A stretch of DNA of 64,000 nucleotides, taken from NCBI GenBank assembly GCA_052147395.1, contig JBKQKS010000082.1, positions 640-64,639 on the forward strand, read 5' to 3'. Below are positions 16,835 to 25,641 of this stretch, piece after piece (position 1 is the first letter of the stretch; every line of letters begins with the position of its first letter). The notes under the pieces were generated by a model that worked only from the letters and a program-made list of their open reading frames with translations, ran no database searches and was not told the DNA's origin. The DNA comes from Roseiarcus sp. GTDB lineage: Bacteria > Pseudomonadota > Alphaproteobacteria > Rhizobiales > Beijerinckiaceae. Position numbers and translations under genes: made by a program.

Positions 16835-17716
16835 TTGAGCCAAGTCGCTTTCGTGGGCCTCGGAGTCATGGGGTATCCGATGGCGGGGCGCCTCGGCAAA
16901 CGGGGCGGACATTCGGTCACGGTCTACAACCGGACCGCGGAGCGGGCGCGGGCCTGGGTCGGCGAACACGGCGGACTGCGCGCGCCGACGCCGCGCGAGG
17001 CGTCGGTGGGTTGCGATTTCGTATTCGCCTGCGTCGGCAATGACGAAGACTTGCGCTCGGTCACGCTGGGGCCCGACGGCGCCTTCGCCGGCATGAGGCC
17101 CGGGGCGATCTTCGTCGATCACACGACCGCTTCGGCCAATGTCGCGCGAGAGCTCCACGCCGAAGCGATGAAGCAAGGTCTGCAGTTCGTCGATGCGCCG
17201 GTCTCCGGCGGTCAGGCGGGGGCGCAGAACGGCGCGCTCACCGTCATGTGCGGCGGCGACGAGGCCGCTTACGCCAGCGTCGAACCGATCGTCGCCGCTT
17301 ACGCCAAGTCGTGCCGGCTCATGGGCGGGCCGGGCTCGGGGCAGCTAGCCAAGATGGTCAACCAGATCTGCATCGCCGGGCTGGTCCAGGGCCTCGCCGA
17401 AGGCCTCCATTTCGCCGAGAAGGCGGGCCTCGACCGCCAGCTCGTCATCGACGTCATCTCGAAGGGCGCCGCGCAGTCCTGGCAGATGGACAATCGCCAC
17501 CAGACGATGATCGCCGGCGAATTCGATTTCGGCTTCGCGGTCGACTGGATGCGCAAGGACCTCGGCATCTGTTTCGACGAAGCGCGGCGCAATGGCGCGA
17601 CGCTTCCCGTCGCCGCCCTGGTCGATCAGTTCTACGCCGACATCCAGTCGATGGGCGGCGGGCGCTGGGATACGTCGAGCCTCATCGCGCGTCTGGGAAG
17701 GACGCCGGCGCGCTGA
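16835..17716 (+). CDS. NAD(P)-dependent 3-hydroxyisobutyrate/6-phosphogluconate-dehydrogenase-family oxidoreductase
   Basis: 'VAFVGLGVMGYPMAGRL' Rossmann motif. The in-frame TTG at 16835 is preceded by GGGGGAGG (listed ORF starts at 16736). Confidence 0.85.
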   Translation: MSQVAFVGLGVMGYPMAGRLGKRGGHSVTVYNRTAERARAWVGEHGGLRAPTPREASVGCDFVFACVGNDEDLRSVTLGPDGAFAGMRPGAIFVDHTTASANVARELHAEAMKQGLQFVDAPVSGGQAGAQNGALTVMCGGDEAAYASVEPIVAAYAKSCRLMGGPGSGQLAKMVNQICIAGLVQGLAEGLHFAEKAGLDRQLVIDVISKGAAQSWQMDNRHQTMIAGEFDFGFAVDWMRKDLGICFDEARRNGATLPVAALVDQFYADIQSMGGGRWDTSSLIARLGRTPAR

Positions 17717-17719
17717 GCC

Positions 17720-18621
17720 TCACGCCTCGACGAATTCGTCGCGCTGAATGCCCTGGGCGTACAGCAGGGCCGTGAGGTCGGCGTGATCGATGCGGGCGGC
17801 GGCCGTTGCGGCGACCTTGGGCTTGGCGCGATACGCGACGCCGAGCCCGGCTTCCCCGAGCATGGCCAGATCGTTGGCGCCGTCGCCGACCGCCAGGGTC
17901 TCCTGCCTTGTGAGCTGGAGCCGCTCCCGGAGGTCGCGCAACGCTTCGAATTTGGCGCGCGCGCCGAGGACGGGCTCGACGATCTCGCCTTGCAGCCGGT
18001 TGCCTTCGATGACGAGCTCATTCGAATGATGCTCGTTGGCGCCGATCCGCCGCGCGACTGCGCTGGTGAAAGGCCTGAAGCCGCCGGACACGATCGCCAC
18101 GTAGCCGCCGCGAGCCCGAATCGTGGCCGCCAACGTCCTGGCGCCCGGGTTGAGCGTGATGCGTTCGGCGAGGACTTCGTCGATCGCCGACACCGGCAGC
18201 CCGGCCAGCAGTCTCACGCGCTCGCGCAAAGCCGATTCGAAGGGAATATCTCCGCGCATCGCGCGATCGGTGATTTCGGCGACACGCTCGCCGATGCCCA
18301 TGGCGGCGGCCAATTCGTCGACGCATTCCTGGCCGATCAAGGTCGAATCCATGTCCGCCACCAACAGCCTTTCCCCCGCGACGCCAAAGGCTGCACGAAC
18401 GCGTCCGCCTCGGCCTCGTGGGCCGCCAGCTCGATTCGCGAGCGGGCGCCCTCGATGCCCTCGTCGGTCGTGAACGCGAGGTCCGCCGCGACGCCGCGGT
18501 CCAGCCAGCGCCGCGAGAGCAAACCCGGCAGGGCTTGCGCAGCGCGCGCGAGCAGCGCATCGCTCAGATTCGCCCGCTCGGGCGCGACGACGAGCGTGGC
18601 GACGTAATCGGACGAGGACAT
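17720..18621 (-). pseudogene. serB: phosphoserine phosphatase SerB interrupted by a -1 nt frameshift (or sequencing error) in a G5 run
   Basis: HAD half 'LLVADMDSTLIGQECVDELA' lies in the frame of ORF 17720..18364. The SerB-type N-terminal domain 'MSSSDYVATLVVAP...FVQPLASRGK' lies in the frame of ORF 18337..19191. The frames switch at CCCCC 18373..18377. The locus is 902 nt, which is not a multiple of 3. Confidence 0.8.
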
Positions 18622-18651
18622 GCGGACTTCCGAGGCTCGGGGACGTTTCGA

Positions 18652-19566
18652 TTGACTTTGCGCGCGCTCCTCATTGCAGGGCCGACGGCGAGCGGCAAGT
18701 CCGCGGTCGCGCTGAAGCTCGCGGCCCGGTTCGGCGCCGAGATCGTCAACGCCGATTCGATGCAGGTCTATCGTGATCTGAGCGTGCTCACGGCGCGTCC
18801 GGAGCCCGCCGAGACGCGGCTCGCGCCACACCGGCTGTTTGGCGAAATCGACGGCGCCGTCAACTTCTCGGTCGGCCGCTGGCTCGAAGCCGCGAGCGCG
18901 ATTCTCGCGGCGTCCGGCGGGCCCTTGATCTTCGTCGGCGGAACGGGGCTCTATTTCCGGGCGCTGACCGAGGGCCTTTCCGATATTCCGCGCGTACCCG
19001 AAAATGTGCGCGAGGACATCCGCGCGAGCGCCGCCGAGGCGTCGACGCCGGCGCTGCATGCGCGGCTCGCCACTGCCGATCCCGAAACCGCGGCCCGGCT
19101 GAGGGCCAGCGACCGGCAGCGAATCTTGCGGGCGCTGGAAGTCGTGGCGGCGACCGGACGGCCGCTGGTCGAGCTGCAAGGCGCCCGGCAACCGCCGCCG
19201 TTGAAGGGCGGCAAGTGGCGCGGCTTGTTTCTCGCGCCGGATCGAGGGGGGCTTTACGAACGCATCGCGACGCGGTTCGGCGAGATGCTGGAGCGCGGCG
19301 CGCTCGAAGAAGTCGCGGCGCTGACCGCGCGACGGCTGGACGCCGCCTTACCGGTGATGCGAGCGCACGGCGTTCCCCATTTGCAGGCTCACCTGGAGGG
19401 GCGGCTTTCGCTCGACGAGGCGAGGGAACGCTCGGTCGGCGACACGCGCCGATATGCCAAGCGCCAGTTCACCTGGGCGCGCCATCAGATGCCCGATTTC
19501 GTATGGGTCGAGCCGACGCAGGCGGAGTTCCGCGGAGCGGAAGCCTTGGCCGGGAAATCGGACTGA
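18652..19566 (+). CDS. miaA: tRNA dimethylallyltransferase
   Basis: 'LLIAGPTASGKSAVALKLA..FGAEIVNADSMQVYRDLSVLTARP'. Divergent from serB. The TTG start is uncertain (18652 or 18658). Confidence 0.9.
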   Translation: MTLRALLIAGPTASGKSAVALKLAARFGAEIVNADSMQVYRDLSVLTARPEPAETRLAPHRLFGEIDGAVNFSVGRWLEAASAILAASGGPLIFVGGTGLYFRALTEGLSDIPRVPENVREDIRASAAEASTPALHARLATADPETAARLRASDRQRILRALEVVAATGRPLVELQGARQPPPLKGGKWRGLFLAPDRGGLYERIATRFGEMLERGALEEVAALTARRLDAALPVMRAHGVPHLQAHLEGRLSLDEARERSVGDTRRYAKRQFTWARHQMPDFVWVEPTQAEFRGAEALAGKSD

Positions 19567-19590
19567 TCGGCGCCGCCCCGGCCTGCTGCC

Positions 19591-20058
19591 TTACACGAAG
19601 CCGGAATCGCTCGACGGCGACAGGCCCTGGATGGAGATCAGGCTGATCATGCGCTTCTGCTTGGCGAGCACGCCATAGACGAATTCGCGGGTCGTGTCGG
19701 AGCCGACGTTCGGAACGTTCTGGACATCCTCGGCGGCGACGCTGAGAATTTCCGACACGCCCTCGACCAGCAGCCCGATGTTCTGGTTGCCGATCTCGGC
19801 GACGAGAATGGCGTGGCGCGAGCTCGGCTGCGTCGGCGCGAAGCCCAGCCGAGCCGCGAAATCGATGATCGGCAGCACGACGCCGCGCAGATCGATCATC
19901 CCCACGACGTAACTCGGCGCATAGGCGATCGGCGTCGCCGGCGTCCACACCCGGATCTCGCGCACCGACATGACATCGATGCCGAACTCCTGCCCGCTGA
20001 CCCGGAACGTGATCATCTCGTTGACTTTGCCACGGTTCTTGTCTTCGGTCGGATACAT
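19591..20058 (-). CDS. cheW: chemotaxis coupling protein CheW (stand-alone)
   Basis: 'ITFRVSGQEFGIDVMSVREI...VVGMIDLRGVVLPIIDF'. 155 aa from the internal ATG at 20058. Confidence 0.85.
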   Translation of the reverse strand: MYPTEDKNRGKVNEMITFRVSGQEFGIDVMSVREIRVWTPATPIAYAPSYVVGMIDLRGVVLPIIDFAARLGFAPTQPSSRHAILVAEIGNQNIGLLVEGVSEILSVAAEDVQNVPNVGSDTTREFVYGVLAKQKRMISLISIQGLSPSSDSGFV

Positions 20059-20507
20059 TTCGCGCCCCTTTGGGACCAGCTCGCGGCGAGGCCGCCCAAG
20101 TTGAAATTCGTAGCCACCCCTGCAGCCGCCTCGCCACGATCGCGGCCCCTTGGGCCGATATCCGGCTCTCGGCGCGAGGGGCGCGAGGCCCATCGTGGGT
20201 TCGAACCGGAACGCGCCGCAGACGGCTAACGGGCGCCGCTCCACGAATCGAGGGAGGGGAGAAGATGCCGGATGCGGCCGGCGCGACCTCGCGGCGTCAT
20301 GCCTCGGCGGAGCGAAAACGGTGGAATCCGCCGGAGGGTCGCGCCCGACGTTGGCCCCCAACGGGTTAATTCGCGCCTAACATATCGGGCTTGCGCCAAT
20401 GACTTTCCCGCCACGGCGACGGACCCCTTCGCGGACTTGCCCAGGGCGCCGCTCGTATCCGACGCCGACGAGCCGCGCCGCCGACTCCGCTAATGCCGGG
20501 GCAACCG

Positions 20508-20670
20508 GCGCCATTTCCCGGGCGGCCTTGTACGCGAGGTCGCTGACCTCGCTGCCTCCACTTGGAAGATTCTTGCAGAATGAGGCGCTTACGCGCCGAC
20601 CGAGGTCGTCCTTCGACAAGCTCAGGATGAGGGCCCTCGGCTACAGAATGGCGCCGCCCGGGAATCTGCC
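20508..20670 (+). repeat. MITE-like palindromic repeat, copy B (both termini present)
   Basis: Imperfect terminal inverted repeats: 'ggcgccatttcccgggcggccttgtacgcgagg' versus the reverse complement of 'ccctcggctacagaatggcgccgcccgggaatctgcc'. Confidence 0.85.
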
Positions 20671-20895
20671 CCCGTCAGCTGCCGGGGCGCCGGTTCGGCT
20701 TAATGGACCCTTAAAGGTTGGCGGATCAAGAAGGGGCGGCAACAGCTGTGCGCGTCAGCTGCGCAGAGGCATGACGCTCGCTGTTGGAAGGCTGATTGAA
20801 GCCCTCGTTCATCCAAAACACGAAAACGCGTCCCGGTTCGGGGGAAGGCGCGCCTCGACTCGTCGTTTCGGCGGGCGCCAGGGGCAATTGGGGTC

Positions 20896-23800
20896 GTGAT
20901 GGGATTGAAGCCTAACGTCCGGATTGAGGCGAGCGCCGGCGCCGGCCTGCGCGAGGTCGTACCCCGCTCGATCCGTTCGACGTTGATTGTCGCGCTCGCC
21001 TATTTCATAACCGCGCGCCTCGGCCTCGCCTTCGCGACGGCCCCCGGCGTGGCGACCGTCATCTGGCCCCCGTCCGGCATCGCCTTGGCGGCGGTGATCC
21101 TTTCGGGCCCCAATGGCGGGCTCGGCGTTCTCCTCGGCTCCTTCGTCGCCAACGCCAGCCTGGCGCTGACCAACGGGAAATCTGCAACCCCCTTCGACCT
21201 CATCGCCTTTCCGCTCATCGCGGCGTGCGGCGCGACTGTTCAAGCGCTGATCGCCAAGGGGCTACTGCGGCGTAACCTCGGCTATCCCTACAGCCCAGTC
21301 AGCGCGGCCTCGGTCGGCAAGCTGTTCCTGTTCGGCGGAGTGCTCGGCGCCGCCCCGAACGCCGCGGTCTCGAACCTCGCCCTGACGCTGGCCGGGCGCG
21401 AAAGCGGGCCCGAGGCCCTGCTGAGCTGGCTCACCTGGTGGGCGGGCGACGCGATCGGCGTCTTTCTCGTGGCGCCGACGATCCTGAGCTTCGTCTTGGC
21501 CCCGCGCGGCGAGCGGCTGCGCCGGTGCGCGCCGACGGCGTTGACGATGATCGCCGCGCTCGTCGCTACCGCGGCTGCCTTCGTCGCCGAGGCGCGGGCG
21601 ACGCGCGCGGCGCTTTCCGCTCGGCTCGAAATGGACGTACGCGAGTTCGCCAGCCGCGTCGAATCGACGCTGCAACTCGGCGCCAACGCGGTGCGCGGAC
21701 TTTCCGGGGTGTTCGAGACGGTCAAGGACCGCGATCTCGCCGACTTCCGCGACGTCGCGAGCCGGATGGCGGAATTCCGACTCGGCATCCAGGCGCTCGA
21801 ATGGATTCCGCGCGTGCCGGCCGAGACGCTGACGGCCGCGGAGGACCGGCTGTCGGCCCAATGGGGCCGCAACGTCTTCCTGTTCCAGCGCGACGGCGAC
21901 GCGCGAGTCCCGGTCACGGCCCGCGCGGAATACTTTCCCGTCGCCTTTGTCTACCCGCTCAAGGGCAACGAAGGCGCGCTCGGCTACGACCTCGGCTCGA
22001 ACGCGGAGCGGAGCAAGACCCTGCGCGTGTCGATGACGACCGGAAGCATGGTCGCAACCGCCGGCGTGAAGCTGGTGCAGAACGGTAAGATGGGCATGCT
22101 GCTTTTCGTGCCCGTGGTCCACGCGACCGCGCAGGAGGCGCAGGCGTCGCTGAAGGGCTTCGCTCTCGGCGTGTTCTCGATTCCCGACCTACTCGACGTC
22201 GCGCTCGCCAACAACGATCTCTCTGGCCTCGCCTACCGGCTGGTCGACGAGACCGAGACCGGCGCGCCGGTGACGTTGGCCCACGGCGCGGCCGCCGAGG
22301 GCGCCGCGCCATTCGGAGCGGACGACGACCTGACTCGCTCGGCGCGCATCGAATTCGCCGGCCGGACCTGGACGTTGCAGATTTCGCCGACTGAGGAATA
22401 CCTGACCGGCCGCACCGACAACGTCGCCTACGGGATTCTCGCCGGCGGCCTCATCTTCACCGCGATCGCCAGCGCCTTCGCCCTCGTGGTCACCGACAGG
22501 CAGCGCGCCCTCGTCGCGGCGCGCGAAAAGGAGCTCGAGGACCAGAAGTTCGCCCTCGACCAGCACGCCATCGTCAGCATCGCCGACGCCGACGGCGTGA
22601 TCCTCTACGCCAACGACAAGTTCAGCGAGATTTCCGGCCATCCACGCGACCGGCTGATCGGCGCCAAGCACAGCATCGTCAGCTCGGGTCTGCAAAACGC
22701 CGCGTTCTATCGCGGCATGTGGAACACGATCCACAGCGGCGAGGTCTGGCACGGCGAATTGTGCAATCGCGACGCGTCGGGCGGCCATTACTGGCTTGCT
22801 TCGACCATCGTTCCCCTTCGCGACCACGCTGGCGCCGTCTACCGCTACATCGCCATCTGCACCGACATCACCGAACGTCGCCGCGTACAGGACGCGCTGC
22901 GCGAGAGCGAGGAACGCGTACGCTTCGCTCTGACCGCGGCCAGCGCGGGCGCCTGGGAATGGGACCTGGCGACGAACGCCAGTGTGTGGTCCGAAGAGCT
23001 GTGGAAGCTCTATGGCCTCGAGCCGCACAGCTGCACGCCTTCCTACGACGCCTGGATACAGACGATCCACCCCGACGACCGACTTGCGGCGGAAGGCGCG
23101 ATCGCTCGAGCGACCACCGTCGGCCGCGAACTCGCGGTAGAGTGGCGGGTGCGCGAGTCCGGCGGCGCAACGCGCTGGCTACTGGCGCGCGGCGGCCCTG
23201 TCTATCACCCCGATCAGCCTAGGCCACGCTACGTCGGCGTCGTGTTCGACATTACCGAACGCAAGAAATCAGAGGAGAGGATCAGTTATCTCGCTCACCA
23301 CGACATTCTGACGGGCCTCCCCAATCGGCTGGCTTTCGGCGATAGTCTGTCCGCCGCGATCGCTCGAGCCGATGAGACACGGACCGCGGTCGCGGTGTTT
23401 TGCCTGGACCTCGATCGCTTCAAGGAAATAAATGACGTCTTTGGCCACGCGACTGGCGACGAACTCCTGCGCCAAGTTTCGAACAGGTTCCTGGCGGCGG
23501 GGCAGGGCGCCGAGATCGCTCGGGTTGGCGGCGACGAGTTCACGGTGTTCGTCAGCGGAAATCCCGAGTCTGCGCATGCCTCGGAAGTCGCCGAGCGGCT
23601 GCTCGGCGCGGTTGCGACGCCTTTCAACATCGACGGCCGGCAGGTTCGGGTCGGACTGAGCGTCGGCGTGGCGCTTTATCCCGACCATGGCGACAAGGAG
23701 ACGGTGCTCGCCAGCGCGGATGCGGCGCTCTACCGCGCCAAAGCCGAAGGCGCCGGAAAGGCGTGCTTCTTCGATTCCACTCTGGACAATCGCCTGCGTG

Positions 23801-24582
23801 AGCGTCACGCCCTTTTGCAGGACCTCGAGAATGCCGTCGAGCGCAAAGAACTCTTGCTGCATTACCAGCCGCAGGCGCGCGCAGACGGCGGGATTTTCGG
23901 CTTTGAGGCGCTCATACGGTGGCGGCATCCACGCCGTGGTTTCTTGCCGCCAAACACGTTCATTCCTATCGCCGAACAAAGCGGGCTGATTGCGGAAATC
24001 GGCGAATGGGTTCTGCGCGAGGCTTGTCGGGAAGCGGCGGCCTGGCCGCGGCCGTTGAACATCGCGGTCAATCTCTCGCCGGCGCAGTTCCTCAAGGACG
24101 GACTGCCGGCGACCGTTCACGCCGTTCTCATCGAAACGGGCCTGCCCGGACATCGCCTCGAACTCGAAATCACGGAAGGCGTTCTGGTCAACGACTTCTC
24201 GAGAGTTTCGGCGATTTTACGTCAGCTGAAATGCCTGGGTGTGAGAGTGGCGATGGACGATTTCGGCACCGGCTACTCGTCGCTGTCCTATGTCCAGTCG
24301 TTCCCGTTCGACAAGATCAAGATCGACCGCTCGTTCGTCTCGAGCGTACACAACAATTCCAGTTCTCAAACAATCGTCCGTGCGATCATCGGTCTCGGAC
24401 GCGGCTTGCGGGTGCCGCTGATTGCCGAGGGTGTCGAAACCGAGGAACAGCTGGAGTTTCTGCGATCCGAGGGCTGCGACGAAGCGCAGGGTTATCTAAT
24501 CGGAAGGCCGCGCCCCATCGATGATTATGCGGCTGTCGTCGGGCGGAAGCCATGGACGCTCCTCAGTCAGGCGTCAGCGTAA
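20896..24582 (+). CDS. membrane sensor MASE1-CHASE-PAS-PAS-GGDEF-EAL (c-di-GMP turnover)
   Basis: MASE1-like N-terminus 'ALAYFITARLGLAFA..VIWPPSGIALAAV'. CHASE-like 'YFPVAFVYPLKGNEGALGYDLGS'. 'RVGGDEFTV' (GGDEF). 'FEALIRW', 'DDFGTGYSSL' and 'KIDRSFV' (EAL). Confidence 0.9.
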   Translation: MMGLKPNVRIEASAGAGLREVVPRSIRSTLIVALAYFITARLGLAFATAPGVATVIWPPSGIALAAVILSGPNGGLGVLLGSFVANASLALTNGKSATPFDLIAFPLIAACGATVQALIAKGLLRRNLGYPYSPVSAASVGKLFLFGGVLGAAPNAAVSNLALTLAGRESGPEALLSWLTWWAGDAIGVFLVAPTILSFVLAPRGERLRRCAPTALTMIAALVATAAAFVAEARATRAALSARLEMDVREFASRVESTLQLGANAVRGLSGVFETVKDRDLADFRDVASRMAEFRLGIQALEWIPRVPAETLTAAEDRLSAQWGRNVFLFQRDGDARVPVTARAEYFPVAFVYPLKGNEGALGYDLGSNAERSKTLRVSMTTGSMVATAGVKLVQNGKMGMLLFVPVVHATAQEAQASLKGFALGVFSIPDLLDVALANNDLSGLAYRLVDETETGAPVTLAHGAAAEGAAPFGADDDLTRSARIEFAGRTWTLQISPTEEYLTGRTDNVAYGILAGGLIFTAIASAFALVVTDRQRALVAAREKELEDQKFALDQHAIVSIADADGVILYANDKFSEISGHPRDRLIGAKHSIVSSGLQNAAFYRGMWNTIHSGEVWHGELCNRDASGGHYWLASTIVPLRDHAGAVYRYIAICTDITERRRVQDALRESEERVRFALTAASAGAWEWDLATNASVWSEELWKLYGLEPHSCTPSYDAWIQTIHPDDRLAAEGAIARATTVGRELAVEWRVRESGGATRWLLARGGPVYHPDQPRPRYVGVVFDITERKKSEERISYLAHHDILTGLPNRLAFGDSLSAAIARADETRTAVAVFCLDLDRFKEINDVFGHATGDELLRQVSNRFLAAGQGAEIARVGGDEFTVFVSGNPESAHASEVAERLLGAVATPFNIDGRQVRVGLSVGVALYPDHGDKETVLASADAALYRAKAEGAGKACFFDSTLDNRLRERHALLQDLENAVERKELLLHYQPQARADGGIFGFEALIRWRHPRRGFLPPNTFIPIAEQSGLIAEIGEWVLREACREAAAWPRPLNIAVNLSPAQFLKDGLPATVHAVLIETGLPGHRLELEITEGVLVNDFSRVSAILRQLKCLGVRVAMDDFGTGYSSLSYVQSFPFDKIKIDRSFVSSVHNNSSSQTIVRAIIGLGRGLRVPLIAEGVETEEQLEFLRSEGCDEAQGYLIGRPRPIDDYAAVVGRKPWTLLSQASA

Positions 24583-25130
24583 CCCAAAACGGGAAAAGTC
24601 GCTTGCCGACTTGGGACATCGAACCCAATTGTCGATCACGTTGCATAGTAACCTGCGGCGGCCCCTCGGCGGATGGGCGGGGTTTCGACGATTGGCGACC
24701 TCGGATCGGCGGCTGCGACAATTCGAACACGGGAAGGGGCCTCGTCGCTCGGTTTTCAGCGCAACTCGCCTCGATCTCGTTGCCGGCGTCGACATACGCG
24801 CCTCGAGCGACATCCGGAATCGCCCCCGCTCTTCGCACGGAAGGCATGAGCCATTCGCATGGCTTGCTGAAAGTTTGTTCGTTTTGGCGAGCATTTGTTC
24901 GCCGATTCGTTCGTTTTTTTCGCTTTCGCAGGAGTCTGCGAACTATTTGGCGCGGTTGCCGCATTGCCGCCATGCCTGCGACACAAGCGTTGCTGCGCTG
25001 CAACATTGACTTTTTCGACGCAATAATCCATATACAGCTCGTCTAGGAAAGGGAACGTCCAATCATCACCGCGTCCTCGCCGCCCCTGGAGGGTAGCTCA
25101 AAGCGAAGACGCCGAGGTATGGAGACAAAC

Positions 25131-25286
25131 ATGGACCTCTCATTCATTGTGCGCTTCTTCCGCGCCCGTCATGTCTACTGGAATGTGGTCCGCGAGCTGT
25201 CGGAATATTCCGATCGCGAACTGCACGACATCGGCATCGACCGCGCCGACATTCCGCGCATCGCACTGGAGGCCTCGCGCGGCTGA
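25131..25286 (+). CDS. DUF1127 small protein (51 aa), below the ORF-track cutoff
   Basis: My own translation: 'MDLSFIVRFFRARHVYWNVVRELSEYSDRELHDIGIDRADIPRIALEASRG'. RBS GGAGA lies 5 nt upstream. It contains the DUF1127 signature 'L..LSDREL.DIGI.R.DI'. Confidence 0.75.
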   Translation: MDLSFIVRFFRARHVYWNVVRELSEYSDRELHDIGIDRADIPRIALEASRG

Positions 25287-25466
25287 GCTCTGCGCCGAAC
25301 GCAATCCTCTCGCATAGCCGCGCCGGACGCTCGAGAGCCCCGGCGCCAGTCGAAGCGGCGCCAAAGCCGCAGCCCTCTTACAAAACCGTCGGCAGCGTGT
25401 TCCTGTGTCCTCCGCGAAAGAGGCGCACGAGCCGGTGCGCGGCTGGCCTGAAGAAAGGAGAGAGTC

Positions 25467-25625
25467 ATGAGACTCGCTTTCCTCGAGCGCTTGTTCCGGG
25501 AGCGCAAAATCTATGTTCGCGTGTTGAACGAGCTCTCGTCGGGCGCCGACCGCGAGCTGAGCGAGCTCGGCTTCGCGCGCGTGGACATTCCCTGCATCGC
25601 GCCGCAGTCGGCGCGGGAGGCCTGA
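25467..25625 (+). CDS. DUF1127 small protein (52 aa), second tandem copy
   Basis: My own translation: 'MRLAFLERLFRERKIYVRVLNELSSGADRELSELGFARVDIPCIAPQSAREA'. RBS AAGGAGAGAG lies upstream. Confidence 0.7.
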   Translation: MRLAFLERLFRERKIYVRVLNELSSGADRELSELGFARVDIPCIAPQSAREA

Positions 25626-25641
25626 TCGCACGCATAAATTC

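Noticed and set aside
20185-20205. tRNA-like 'GGGTTCGAACCGG' string upstream of cheW
   Set aside because: No complementary T-stem, acceptor stem or anticodon arm can be drawn around it on either strand.
20377-20619. ORFs translated from the MITE copies (15428..15880, 20377..20619, 20399..20899, 58178..58453, 58332..58622)
   Set aside because: Their only conserved segments are the repeat-encoded 'SFDKLRMRALG' and 'LSKDDLG' strings. They are artefacts of the repeat.
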